From positions 35,897,153-35,961,152 of the forward strand of contig NC_068985.1 of assembly GCF_001194135.2 (NCBI RefSeq): a stretch of DNA of 64,000 nucleotides. Reading direction: 5' to 3'. Position 1 is the first letter of the stretch. Every line of letters starts with the position of its first letter. This document shows, piece after piece, positions 1 to 13,100 of the stretch. Made by a program: the position numbers and the translations under genes. The notes below the pieces were generated by a model. The model had not been told where the DNA came from. It saw only the letters and a program-made list of their open reading frames with translations, and searched no databases. Origin of the DNA: Octopus bimaculoides (taxonomy: Eukaryota).

Positions 1-459
1 ACCACCAGGGACACACCAATCAACTTGTGTAACTTTTATACGAACTGGATTTTTTGTCTCTACAGACACTTTTACTATGTTCTGTGTTTTTTTTTTCTCA
101 CACACACACTTGTGCACTCATACATTTTCTTTCCTTTCAGTAAAAACAAACACTCAGACTTTCACATTCCGTGATGCCAGTTCCTGGACAGTAGTCATCA
201 CGATTTGTTTTCTCATTGTCTCATTTGTTTTTTACTAGGTGGCATTTACTGCCCATATTGCATGTTTTTCTTTCATTCCTTCACTTTGTACATTGCATGC
301 ATGTATCACACGAGTGTACATTTCATTTTTAAAATTTTTCTTTGTGTGTGTTTTGTGCTACATCCTGTGGGTGGTTTTCAGTGGCCATCCTGCCTCAGGC
401 GTTCTAACAGATTACATATTATCGTGCGTTTTCGCACTGGCAAGGGAGCCCTGTAGTAA

Positions 460-495
460 CGCCGTGCGCATGCGTAGTCTCACGCATGCGTGGAA
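460..495. promoter_or_regulatory. Tandem NRF1-like sites in a CpG-rich promoter-like patch
   Basis: TGCGCATGCG at 465-474 and the perfect palindrome CACGCATGCGTG at 481-492, in locally CpG-rich sequence. Confidence 0.5.
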
Positions 496-1889
496 TTAAA
501 CAAGCAAGCTTTCCCGCTTAATTCTATCTCTTTCTCGGTCGGCCGACCATGAGCATGGACGTGTCAAGCAGTGTCTCCAACATTCCAACTCTGGAGACAG
601 TCTCTTTACGTGTTTAGCTGTCTCTCTCCATCTTTCGGACTTACACTCGACAGCTCGCTTACATCTACATACCAACGTCCTAACAACTATGCTCACACAC
701 ACAGAAGATGTATATATTTACCACCTGAATAAATGTTGTTTAAGTTGATAGTCCGGAGTTCAGCGTTCCTTTATATATCTATAATTTTATATAGGAAAGT
801 CAGGTATACATCTAATGATGTATAACCAACTTTCCTATAGATTTACTGAACAACTACCCAGATGCATGCATATAGCTAAACACCTGTTTACACAGTACAA
901 CGCAACTGCATCTAACCGATACAACCCATAAACCCGACAACTCGGTTTAACCGCCTCACTCAATTGGAAACGCCATGAACTGCAACCATGGAACATATAC
1001 TAAGGAAGGACCAGATGAGAACGCTACATGTATTTCGGTACATTTGCAAAGGACACTTGCAGAACGCAACAGTAAGTAACTAGGGTATAGCCTTTTCAAA
1101 AAACGTAATAGACTGATTAACTAAAGAGACAAATATTTGCTTTATTATGTTCATTATGCTCGGACACAGTTATATTTATATATGTTCATGCATGATACCT
1201 TGGAACGCAACCGTGAGTCACTAAAGTATGCAGAGTAAAAGGTATTGGAGCATAGCCTTTATACTAACGTGAGTGGCAAAAATATGCCTTTCTACATCTT
1301 TACACCTGTGTGCAGATATGTAACCTTACAATGTAGCTGTATATCAATAATCCTTTCTACTAGAAGCACAAGTCCTCAAATTTGGGGGAAGGGATTAAGT
1401 CGATTACATCGACCCCAGTGTGTAACTGGTGCTTATTTAATCCACCCCGAAAGGATGAAAGTCAAAGTCAAAGTCGACCTCGGCAGAATTTGAACTCAGA
1501 ACGTATTTGTAAACGATCGAGTGACCGCATAAAAGTTCACTCGTATAGCACGAGGTCAACTCTGATTGTACATACCTTTGATTAACGATCATCTCGCATT
1601 TGGCGGAGTTGTGAAATAACTAGCTCTCGAACTCTCAAAACTTATGGGAAAGGTAGTGGGGAAACTTTTTGAAAAAGGTTTTTTTCTCAGTCGTTATTCC
1701 CGTAGTATTCCCAAACACCTTGGCTGCTATTTCTAGCAAGTCGAGCGAACTGTAAGAAATAGTAGCCGCTTTGTCTCACAACTTTATTGGATTCAAGTCC
1801 CAGTTGAAATTATGTATAAGCACTAGCGTTAAATTAAATATTGTATCTTTATCTTTTTCGGTCGCTACACTTTTATTCTTTTCTAAACT

Positions 1890-2090
1890 AGGCACAAGGC
1901 CCGAAATTCTTGGGGAATGAGACAGTCGATTAGATCGATCTCAGTACGCAACTGGTACTTAATTTGTCAACTCCGAAAGGAAGAAAGGAAAAGTCGACAT
2001 CAGCAGAATTTGAACTCAGAACATAAAGACAGACGAAATGCCGCTAAGCATTTTGCCCGGCGTGCTATCGTTTCTGCCAGCTTGCTGCCT
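1890..2090 (-). mobile_element. tRNA-derived SINE, family A (head GGCGGCGAGCTGGCAG..., B-box GAGTTCAAATTCC)
   Basis: One of ~14 copies (approximate limits): 1365-1505(-), 12105-12285(+), 17645-17860(-), 24338-24905(x3), 43885-44080(-), 46320-46400(-), 49575-49735(+), 53660-53790(-), 61765-61985(-), 62270-62485(-), 62615-62830(+). Confidence 0.85.
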
Positions 2091-2418
2091 TTCGTTACAT
2101 TTTTATTAGCTAATAAATGATAACTTCTAAAATGTGTTCATTTGATCTTTTTTTCATTTACGTACTTTTAATAAATTGTACGAAACTTGAGCTATTATGA
2201 GAGCCTCTACATATTTAACCGATCTACGAGAAATAGCTGACAATTTTCATTTATCTTGTATACTTCCGAGTCAAAAAAATGACGCATTGGATGATGTAGT
2301 CTCACATACCCCTAAAATACGGAATAATCATGGGCAATTAAATATAGCTGAGCTGTGGCTCTGTAACAATAAAAAAGTACGAAACTACAAATATTGGTTG
2401 TCAGTCCATTACTGCACG

Positions 2419-2431
2419 GTTTCCTAGCAAT
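2419..2431 (+). promoter_or_regulatory. Candidate RFX X-box upstream of CEP44
   Basis: GTTTCCTAGCAAT is one mismatch from the RFX motif GTTTCCTAGCAAC and lies ~155 bp before the ATG. A possible short 5'UTR intron follows (GTAAAT at 2459 to ttttaacag at 2573). Confidence 0.35.
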
Positions 2432-2584
2432 TGCAACACAGCTCGTTCAATGGTTTTCGTAAATACTGTTGTGTACCTACCAGTTTAATTTAGTGTTCTA
2501 AAAATTGCGCGTGTATTCACGTTAAAATCCTTTTTATCACAATCATTTTTTAAAAATTGATATATTTTAACAGTAAAAGCACAG

Positions 2585-3931
2585 ATGTCGGCTGGAGATC
2601 TTGTAAATAGTCTCGGTAAGCTTGAAAGTAAGCTGAAACAAGTAAAATTTCCAAATTATCGAAGAGCAGACTTCCTTTCAGGAACTTTGGATATCTACCT
2701 TGCTGTATACGGTTATGTGTTTTCATCGTTTAATTGTGAATTTAGTAAAGCTATTGCTGAAAGAGGTTTGGAACTTTATGGTAAAACTAACAAACACTTC
2801 GTCGACAATCTCTATCGCATAGTGCGAGATGTTTTGTGTTATAAACCTCCCATTACAAAAAATATGTTCTTGATTGATAGAGCCTTTATTGAGATGAAAA
2901 TGATAATGTGTACACATATTTTGGATTTAGTTCTACAAAAATGTAAAGAGTTCTCGACTGTGACTCGTAGAAGTAGTCGCTGCAAAACACGAATTTTAGC
3001 CAACAAATCTAATACAAACGAAGGACCTCGCCTGAGAAATAGTATAAACACCGCTAATGAAGAACCTACTAACCCTGTTAAAGTGTCAAATTCTTCTGCG
3101 TCTACTCTATATCGTCTTGATAACAATACACACTTTTATAATCAACAAAATGCCACCAGATCTCACTTACATAAACCTGAACACAATCCAGAAGACACCC
3201 AAACTGAAAAAACGGATAAGACCGATTATTCCATTAAACCGCATCTTGGGAAAAAATTGTTCCATGCTTGTTCTGCTTTAGGGATTCCAAAGAACTATCA
3301 AATTACTCAGTTTGCATTGCCTCCAAATTCAAAAAGTCGTGTAATTCTTGAAAAACAGAAATCAAACATTGAGAAAATCCCAGTCAGAGTTGAAATAGGA
3401 CCCTTTCCAAAGAAAGAAAAAACCCAAGAACTTTTTATAACCCAGAATGAAAACTCAAATCATCCATCAAACTGTGTTGAGAAACAGGATGATCACATTT
3501 CAAACACTATTCCTAAAGTAGTAAGATGTCCACTAACTAGCACCCTCCAAAATGCTGAAAAGATTTCAAATTCTTCAAAAGAGATTAATCATGATCCCAT
3601 GATGGAAAACATCTCAGAAACTTTAGTCAAATCTGCAAAGATTCTCCTGGATTTACAACAGAAAAATCTAGAAGGAATGATATCAAATTCTTCTAAAATG
3701 TTTGTAGGCAAAGAAAATTCTCCAGTATTATCATCATTAGACACGGAAATCACTCCTGTTGAGCCTCAACAGAATGCAAAAGAAAATTTCACGAAGAACC
3801 AAACTTGTTTTCATCCCTCTTCTGTTGAGCTGGGTATTACCTGTAAAAAAGAATTGGATTATTGCCTTGCCAAAATGAATTTGATGGAATGTGCTATTAA
3901 GTCCTTAGAATCTAAATTAGAAAATCTGTGA
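2585..3931 (+). CDS. CEP44: Centrosomal protein of 44 kDa-like; single coding exon, 448 aa
   Basis: N-terminus MSAGDLVNSLGKLESKL...LELYGKTNKHFVDNLYRIVRDVLCYKPPITKNMF...MKMIMCTHIL aligns by eye to the CEP44 N-terminal domain (human MATGDL...[34 protein letters not shown]). A long low-complexity S/N/K/E linker follows, then a short C-terminal coiled coil (LAKMNLMECAIKSLESKLENL). Uninterrupted 1347-nt ORF. Confidence 0.85.
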   Translation: MSAGDLVNSLGKLESKLKQVKFPNYRRADFLSGTLDIYLAVYGYVFSSFNCEFSKAIAERGLELYGKTNKHFVDNLYRIVRDVLCYKPPITKNMFLIDRAFIEMKMIMCTHILDLVLQKCKEFSTVTRRSSRCKTRILANKSNTNEGPRLRNSINTANEEPTNPVKVSNSSASTLYRLDNNTHFYNQQNATRSHLHKPEHNPEDTQTEKTDKTDYSIKPHLGKKLFHACSALGIPKNYQITQFALPPNSKSRVILEKQKSNIEKIPVRVEIGPFPKKEKTQELFITQNENSNHPSNCVEKQDDHISNTIPKVVRCPLTSTLQNAEKISNSSKEINHDPMMENISETLVKSAKILLDLQQKNLEGMISNSSKMFVGKENSPVLSSLDTEITPVEPQQNAKENFTKNQTCFHPSSVELGITCKKELDYCLAKMNLMECAIKSLESKLENL

Positions 3932-4369
3932 TAAACTCCAATTTGATATATTTTTAATTAACAACTATATTGTAATGAAAATATAAGCATTAATACTATG
4001 AATTGCAATTATAAATATGTAAATCATTTGTGTATATATAAAGGTATATGTGTGTGTGTGCAGCAGCTTTTAATATGTATGATTTTATATGCTATTCAAT
4101 ATTAATGCATTTATAATAATCAGTTTTATTAAGTTATTATTATTCCTTTTTCAAATTTCATGTATATTAAATTACAATCTTATTACATTCATTAAAAAAA
4201 AATAATTACTACATGAAGGATACCTAGCATTGTCCAGGAAATAAAATGCATAGCTGGTGGCTATGTATTTCTTGAATGAAAATAACGGTAATTCTGCCTA
4301 GATTTATTACTTCAAATACAATGCTTATTTTATTTGTAAGGTATATATGTGTGTTGTGCAGCAGGTTTT

Positions 4370-4860
4370 TCGTGTCTTTGCATATCCTCAGTAGTCGCAG
4401 CTCATGTCTCACTACATGGCAGTGAGACATGGGCTGTAACTTCTGAGGATATGTGAAAACTTGAAAGAAATGAAACCAGTATGCTAGGCTGGATGGGTAA
4501 TGTCAGCATGCATATATGACAGGGTGTAAGTGATTTGAGAGAAAAACTGGGTATATGTAGCATCAGATGTAGTGTGCAAGAGACAAGACTGTGCTGGTAT
4601 GGCTATGTAATATTTATGAATGAAGACAGTTGCATCAAGAGGTGCCAATCTCTAATTGTAGAGGGAATGTAGAAGGGGTAGATCCAGGAAGACTTGCAAC
4701 AAAATGGTGAGAAAGGATCTACAAATGTTGGGATACACAGAGAGGATGTCGGGACTGCGATTCTTGTCAGTTTGCTATGCTTGAAAAGATATGTCAAGAT
4801 AAATAAAAGTATGGTTGCCCTTGCATACCTAACCTTGTGGGCTTGTAAGTGCTGGTGCCA
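4370..4860 (+). mobile_element. RTE-clade LINE 3' fragment
   Basis: ...LHGSETWAVT...RNETSMLGWM...VQETRLCWYG, homologous to the copies at 44.5, 50.3 and 52.7 kb. Confidence 0.8.
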
Positions 4861-5089
4861 CATAAAAAGCTATTTTATTATATTCAATGCATTCACTGTG
4901 TATTTATTAATAATGAGATATTTGTGGTTTTGGAGTGTTAGCTCCTATTTCTAGCAATTGGTATTCTGATACCCTACTTTATTTATTTGTATATTTTACC
5001 TATATATGTTAAACTTGCTGGCAATTCTATTATTATTATTATTAATGGTAATAATACTTTATTTAATTTTATATATATATATATGTATA

Positions 5090-5480
5090 CTAGCAGAGAT
5101 ACTGTTTTTTGAATGAGGATGCGCGTGTGTTGAGATGTTCCTTAATGCGAGTACGCAAAGTTCGAGTTGTGCTGCCTATATAAAACACCTTACATTTGTT
5201 GCATTCTATTCAGTATACTACATGTGTCTGCTGGCGCATACCTGTATCACGGATAGGACAGTTAGTTAATGAGCATTGATTGTTGTCTCTAGATAGCTTT
5301 TTATTCAGGTATCCGTGCAGAGAGGGGCCGGAGTGTGCTAATTGTATGTCCAGTCCTTCGTTGTGTATGGCTCTACAAATTGCTGTGGTTATGCTTTCAT
5401 TGAAATGTGGTAATTTCATGAAGCAGGTGTTAGAGAAGGTGCTTTTTGTTTCAGTAAGTTTCTAAAATAATGAAGAATTT
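5090..5480 (-). mobile_element. Penelope-like element fragment (GIY-YIG endonuclease region), degenerate
   Basis: Reading through one stop gives ...CSLTNCPIRDTG...VVY*IECNKCKVFYIGSTTRTLRTRIKEHLN: the GIY-YIG (VVY/YIG/R/KEH) pattern with the CxxC typical of Penelope-like elements. Confidence 0.75.
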
Positions 5481-6588
5481 AATAAAATAAGTTTTTAATT
5501 ATTAAGCTGGAGTTCAGAACATTAATTAACATGCAATTTTAATGGAAGGTTTTAATTGAGATACATAAAAAAAGAAGCCTGTATCATAGAACTGGGGTTG
5601 TTGCAGGCAGGGTGGTATCAAAAGGGTTAACTTGAAAGAATGCTCTGATACCTCATCACACCATCACTTTTTTTCCAGCTGGGGTAGCTATGTATCTCCT
5701 CTACAAGACACCTATACCTGTTCCTTTATCATACTTTAACCTCTCATAAAGCCACTTCCTTCAATACACCCCCACTCAGTTGAGAATCTTGTTTTGCAAG
5801 CTACTTGGTGTCCTCACTAGATTCCACACAAAAAAAGCACCTAATGCATTCTAAAGTGATTGACATTAGAAAGGGCATTCAGCAGCAGGAACCACATCAA
5901 AATAGACACTGGAGCTTGGCACAGACTTCTACTGGTCCTTGTTGAATTATCCAACCCATACCAGCATGGTAAATGGATGTTAAACAATTATGATAGTGAT
6001 ATATACGATGGGTTTCTTTCAGTTTCTATCTATGGAATCTAGTCACAAGGCTTTTCTTGGCCTAGTAGAAGATACTTACCCAAGGTGCCAAATAGCAGGA
6101 CTGGACCTAAACTTCTTAGCTACACAGCTATGCCTGCAATTCAGATAATTATTACTTACATGGTTGTCTTTATTTAGTATTGACCTTAAATTGACAAATA
6201 ATTATTCACTTTACAGTTATTACCACTATCAAACAACCACTAATCATTATTTTGTATTGCATTGTTTTCAAGCTAGTAAATTTGCTTCTTTTAATGTGGT
6301 TACTTTTGTTGATTATTATAATAGTCTTACTTTGTGTTTAACCTAGGTTAGTCCTGATTGAGCAGGTCTATGATCAAAGGCATGCCAACTGTGACCATAC
6401 CATCTTGGTTCTATGTACACAGAATGCAGACCACATTATTTAAAGTGTTTTTTATAAAGGAAATTTGGCAACTATTTCTTGAAGGTTGAATAGCCAAAAA
6501 AACCAAAGGTGTTCTTTGTCTACAGCTATGGCGAAAACATTTTCTGCCAAAGAAACTGCAAATTTCATTAGATGTTACTTTTAATAAG

Positions 6589-6633
<45 letters not shown>

Positions 6634-6863
6634 TAGAGAAATTTAATAAAAGACAAAATAAACTAAAAGAACACATTGCTTTCTTAAAATTATCTTTTAT
6701 TTGATGTACAATTTCAAATATTAGAATGAGACAAGGAAACAAATTTAAAAATAGAAAAAATAAAATTTTTGCCAAGAGAATTTCAGAGACATGGGTTAAA
6801 AATTGTCATTATAAAAAGGAGCATTTTATCAGCCTAGTTTATTTGAGCAGTTATTGATTGTCA

Positions 6864-7165
6864 TCAGCTGCTTACTTTGGTAGAATAACTTTGATTGCTT
6901 AGAGTGGCATTCCAAATCTTCACTTCCTCTCCTATTGGCCCTTCACGCCTTTTGTCTTGTGGTCGGTCAGTATGTGGGATTCCAAACATAGCTTCACCTA
7001 AGTTCTCACTCAGTTCAGCAAGAACAGAAGGTTCATTGTAATGGGTCACAGCTTGAGCCATTGCTCTGGCACGTTTCTCAGGTAAACTACTTTTAAAGAT
7101 ACCAGAGCCAACAAATACACCATCAACTCCAAGTTGCATCAACAAAGAAACATCAGCTGGAGTAG
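6864..7165 (-). CDS. PDX1: PDX1 exon 7 coding part ([26 protein letters not shown]...STKVSS*)
   Basis: tttgtttatttcag acceptor; tandem TGA TGA stops at 6866-6861; possible AATAAA near 6696-6701 on the - strand. Confidence 0.96.
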
Positions 7166-10100
7166 CTGAAATAAACAAAATGTATTTTTCACTGGATTAG
7201 TAAATATCACTAACAGTTGATATTACATGGAAGATAACATAAAAAGTTACAAAAAAATAAATATTAGCTGGAGTGATCTTATTCTTGAGTCACTTTGGTT
7301 AATTTTACTTCAACAGACCTCAAGTATAGATGTAGCCAAGTAAATACTTGACACCACCATAATTCAAACACTTTAGATATGCAAGATATACAATTCTAAT
7401 CTGAAGGTGCATGGCTCAATGGTTAGCTCACTGGGCTCACAATCATGAGGTAGCAAGCCTGATTCTCAGACTGGGCTGGGTGTTGTGTTCTTGAGCATGA
7501 CACTTTATTTCATGTTGCTCCAGTTCACTCAGCTGTAGAAATGAGTTGCAACATCACAGGTGCCAAGCTGTACTGGCCTTTGCTTTGCTTTGGATAACAT
7601 CGGTGGCATGGAAAGGGGAGGCTGGTATGCATGGACGACTGCTGGTCTTCCATAAAACAACCTTGTCTGGACTTGTGCCTTGGAGGGGAACTTTCTAGGT
7701 GTGATCCCATGGTCTTCATGACTAAAGGGGGTCTTTACTTTTACCTTTATCTTACAATCCTAATACAAATGTCCAAGCACTTATCATAATACCTTATATT
7801 GTAGGCATACTATAACTTGGTAATTGGGAAATATGTAGAATATGTGAAAAAGAGTAAGATGTTTTGTTTAGTGAGAATTGGCAGCTACATTTAACAAAAA
7901 AGGTGACTATATATAACAATACAGACATGTTCAATGTGAGTGTCCATGCCAAATATTTGAGAGGTAGATCCTATAATTAGAACTTATCATAAATCATAAC
8001 AATGAATAACATATAGAATTGTATGAAAACACTAGACTTACCAATGCCACCAGCAGCAAAATTTACCACTGGAAGTCGACCCATTTCAGCAGTTCTCCGC
8101 AACAGTTCTATTGGAACTTGTAGCTTTTTAGCATATTCATAAAGTTCTGTTGAGTCCATAGCTTGAGCAGTTCTAATTTCACGATTGATAGTACGAGCAT
8201 GTCTTACAGCTTCAGAGACATCACCTGCAAAGCACAAAGAAAAAAGAAAAGTTTTGGAAATAATATCTTAATAATATATACAACGTATTTTGGGTAGTGA
8301 GTTGCTAGAAATAGTTGACTGATGAACTTTGTAATATTTAGATGAGAGACAAAATATTGACACTAAGCAAAATCAGAACTTAGAGTAAAGTGTTCTGAAT
8401 TCAAATCTTGCTGGAGTTAAATAGTATTTGTCCATTTGACTTCTACATCCACTTTGTGTTTAGTGAAAATAAATCAGCACTTATAACTTACCTAAAACAT
8501 TTTTTCTGCCAACAGAAATATATTGATTTCTTCATCTTCCTGTTTATTTTAAAGAGCTTAATTGAAATCAACTTTTATATCTTAGTCAAGGGAGAAAAAG
8601 TATTGCTTATGACCTTATGCAGGACCTCTGAGAATAGTAAAGAAAGGGTGGATGTCTGGTCCAAATGCTTGCAAGAAAGATGGCGTTGCTAAATGAACCC
8701 AAGGGCCAGGTTGTGGTGTTAAATAGGACAAAATATTAGGACTACCACCCAACTAAATCTATATCCTTGTGGAATAATTTTTAGCTGTGATTTCAATAGT
8801 ATACAACAAATGAAAATTAATTCTTCTCCTACATAACATGCTAAAAGTATTGTAAGTCAGCTTCTCAAATTAACTGAGAAAAAAGAGTTCAGTACTTTGT
8901 TTGCAATATTTCTATCTGTTAATGTTATATACTAAAAGAAATTGTATTTTATGTATATGAAATATATATAATTATTAAAATAAGATATATATTTGCAAAT
9001 TGTAAGCCAGTTGATATTGTATTGGTTAACTAAAAAAAATATATTTAGTAATTATTTAAATTAGTTACATAGGAACAAATATATTCTGTAATTAGAATAA
9101 ATATATTTTTAAAATTAAAAATCAATCAAATACTTTTAGTCAGAGACAACCTGCAGCCTGTGTGACTTTCTGAATGACATGCCTGATGAAATTTTTATAG
9201 TAGTGTAGCTCGCTTCTTGAAAAAAAGTTGCCTGTGCCTAGTTTAAAAAGTAGTTCTATAATCTAAGTAGATGTAAAAAACACAAAATATAAGTGTATCA
9301 TCATCATCTTGTTCACCATTTTTGCAGTACAGCATTATATTCCAAGTATTGCTTAAATTAGAATTTTACATCCTGACACCCTTGCCATCATCAATTACAG
9401 AGTGGAGTGGGTGCAGGGTACCAATAAGGTTCTCTTACAAGAAATGGTCCTGTGTTTTGCACAAAACAATTACTATTCTGAAAAATGAACATATCTCGTA
9501 TATAGGAAAAACAATATAGTAGAAGTTATATAAAGAAGAAAATAGAGTATAATATCTGATGAGTTGTAGTGCACTTGAACATTGTATACAATAAACTTCC
9601 TCTTACTATCTTTGCTTCCCAGCCACATGGTTTCAAGTTTAGTTCTACTGCATGACACCTTGGGCAAGTGTCTTCTACAATAGCCAAGGGTTAACAAAAG
9701 CCTTGTGAGTAGATTTGGTAAATGGCAATCAGAAGAAGCCCGTTGTATCATCATCATCATCATCGTTTAATGTCCGCTTTCCATGCTAGCATGGGTTAGA
9801 CGATTTGACTGAGGACATTCAACCATAGAAAATCTGCCCCAATAAATTCCACCTGACCCATACAAGCATGGAAAAGTGGACATTAAATGATGATGATGAC
9901 AATATCCATCACTTGTTGGCAACAACATTACCAATTGCACAACAAAGCACTTGCCAAATTTTTATTTTCAAATAAGACACAATGAATTATTTTTGTGGTT
10001 ATATTTCCACAAGATAATTCACGAGCCACTTAATGCCAGCAAAAGAAGCAAGTGATAGATATGTAGCTTGGGTTTCATCAGTAGGCCTGTTGTTGCTTAT

Positions 10101-13100
10101 AATGTCAAATATTAACTTTAGTTTGTATTCAGTAAAAAAGAATTAATATATCAAAAACAAAGTCAAAAATGAAAATAATTAACCCACCTTTCCTTCTACT
10201 TCTTGAAATAAAAATAGATTAACTATTATTTGTTCTAGTGTTTTTGAGAAAATTATATGTCTTTTAATAAAAAGAATAAAAATAAAACAAAACAAATTGA
10301 TATATTAAAACTACTGTACCTGTTCCAGCTTCTCCTTTGGTTCTTATCATAGCAGCACCTTCAGAAATTCTACGCAAAGCTTCACCAAGGTCACGTGCTC
10401 CACAAACAACAGGAACTTTGAGTTTGTGTTTGTCAATATGGTTGTCAACATCAGCAGCTGTGAGGACTAGAACAGAAGGAAAGAGAATGAACAAAAATTA
10501 CTTATCTCAATGTTAAACATTCTATTTTGTATTTCAATCCACATCACACAAATCTGTTTCAAATAATATCTTGAAGAATAGCACTGTTACATATGCTTAG
10601 AAATAACAAAAATAAATAGATATATGCGTAGTGAATCTTGCAGGCATGAAATGGATTTGATCCACTATAGCCAAATTTAAATTAAGGTCATTGCCAGTGC
10701 CACTGAACTGGCTCCTGTGCAGGTGACACGTAAAAAATACCATTTGAGCATGGCTGTTGCCAGTACCGCCTGACTGGCCCTTGTGCTGGTGGCACGTAAA
10801 AGCACCCATTACACTCTCAGAGTGGTTGGCGTTGGGAAGGGCATCCAGCTGTAGAAACTCTGCCAGATCAGATTGGAGCCTGGTGCAGCCATCTGGTTCG
10901 CCAGTCCTCAGTCAAATCGTCCAACCCATGCTAGTATGGAAAGTGGACGTTAAATGATGATGATGACTTCAACAGAACTTTTCTCATGGTGGAACAATGG
11001 TTTTTTTCTGTGATAGCAGTTTTACATTTTTCAGATTGCCCTAGATAGGCCAAAATAATGTCTTCACCACTTGAGCTTTCTAACTTCTTTGATTTCACCA
11101 AAAGCTAGAATTAAGATAACAAGACCACCAACTATATCTTGTTCTCAATGATATGCCTATCCTTCTGAATAGTTATAAAAACAAGAACTCCCAAGCAAAA
11201 ATCAGTTAGTGACTCGAGGACAACTCAACTAGTTAGTCACTTGGTGACGACTCAACCAGTTAGTCACTTTGGTAACAGCTCTTGAGTTGAGTGAGAGCTA
11301 ACATCAGTTAGTGAACTGACCACTAGAATCATGGAAGCAGGCAGACAAACAGCCAGATCTAATTCTTTTCTCTTACAACATCATTCTATCTCTCTTGGTA
11401 ATTACTACTAAACAATGATGAGAACACAAACACAAACTATGCAAGGAAAATCTATATCTATCTTTATTTCGTTTGCTTTGCGATTTTATCACCTGTATAA
11501 TATAACAGTAAAAATAAATCTTTCATTGCTTACAAACAGATTACATCCATCCTGCTGTGTATCAACTATTGTTTTTCATATTATTGTGATACAAACTAAT
11601 CTTCAAGCGTTACATATGAATAAATGAATAAAACCTTCTGTATAACTCTATCACAATTGATAAACTTTGTCAACCGTCTTCTGGACCAAGTCAACATATT
11701 ATTAGTTCAAAGCTAAACTTTCTATGAGATTCAGTTATAATGCACACTAAAAAATTGTTTCACTATCCAAAATTGGGTCAGAAAAAGAGTTGGTATGTTA
11801 AGGGAAAACAGATAAATAAAAACTACCATTATCTATGAGAGTGTGCTACACTAGAAAACATTTTCAACTGTCAGTGAAGTTGATCTTAAGTATTCACAGT
11901 TAGAAAGTAGTAAGCAAGTGACTGAAGTTCATCATCAACATTTTCATGTCTCATTGCCAACTATTTGTCTGACCACCTCATCATTTTTCCCATTAAGTTA
12001 CTGCCTGCTGAAACAAATCGGTCTTATCAGGGGAGTTAATCAACAAGCATGCTGAGTACATGGTCCAAAGAGCAGAAATAGTGCAATATTTAATGAGGGT
12101 AAGGCGACAAGCTGGCAGAAATGTTAGCACACCGGGCGAAATGCTTAGCGGTATTTCATCTGCCTTTACGTTCTGAGTACAAATTCCGCCAAGGTCAACT
12201 TTGCCTTTCATCCTTTCGGGTCAATAAATTAAGTACCAGTTGCGTACTGGAGTCGATCTAATTGACTGCACCCCACTCCTCAAAAATGAGGTTGCAGCTG
12301 AGTTTTCTCATGTGCACTAAGTTCTACATGTAGTAGGGATTAATTACAGCTGCTCTCTTCTGCAGCATGCCAAAATTATTTCAGAACCATACAACAGTAA
12401 TGATTATAAACTACTCTCTGTTTGACTGACAGATTAACTTCAGATTGGCAAAAGTAGTATGATACATTCCAAAAGCAGTATAATATATTCCAAAATTTGC
12501 AGTTATTCCTTGTCTATGTTATTGCCTGAATTACTGAAATATATAGGTAGGACCATCAAAGTGTTCAAAATTAAAAACAGTTCTGTAGCAGTATTTTGTA
12601 CTTGGAGGATGTCACAAATTGAGCAACATATCTTACTTTACAAAGACATTAGTAACAGAAAAATACACTTATGTGGTATTGCTAAATAAACAATCGTAGC
12701 AGAGAGCTAAATAAACAATCTAAGAAGATTTGAAATTGTGATTGTTTAGTTGCTACTCATTCATGTTAACTGAAAACAATCTTCACAAAAAAGCTAATAC
12801 ATACAGAGTAGTTATGTCATTTGATGTGCAATACAAAAATAAATGATGATTGATAATGATGATAAAAAAATATTGATTTCTCTGACCTCTCTTTATAAGG
12901 GCAGAAAATGTGATTTGTACGATATTTGTTTTGCTCAAGAACAGAAACTGACGTAAAATCCAGTGAAGTGGTTACAACAACAAAGAAAGTTACAGATTTA
13001 AGATCACTGAAATGTTATCCCTAATAATGCTGTGTTGATTAAATTGTTAAAATACAATAAGAAATTAACTCTGCCAAAATATAACAAAACAAGAACCCCA

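Noticed and set aside
320-390. Minus-strand ATG (MATENHPQDVAQ...) next to the NRF1-like patch
   Set aside because: No recognisable homology, no strong donor, and an early stop.
780-960. FYIGKS...RFTEQ, a possible GIY-YIG remnant
   Set aside because: Too degenerate and short to call as Penelope.
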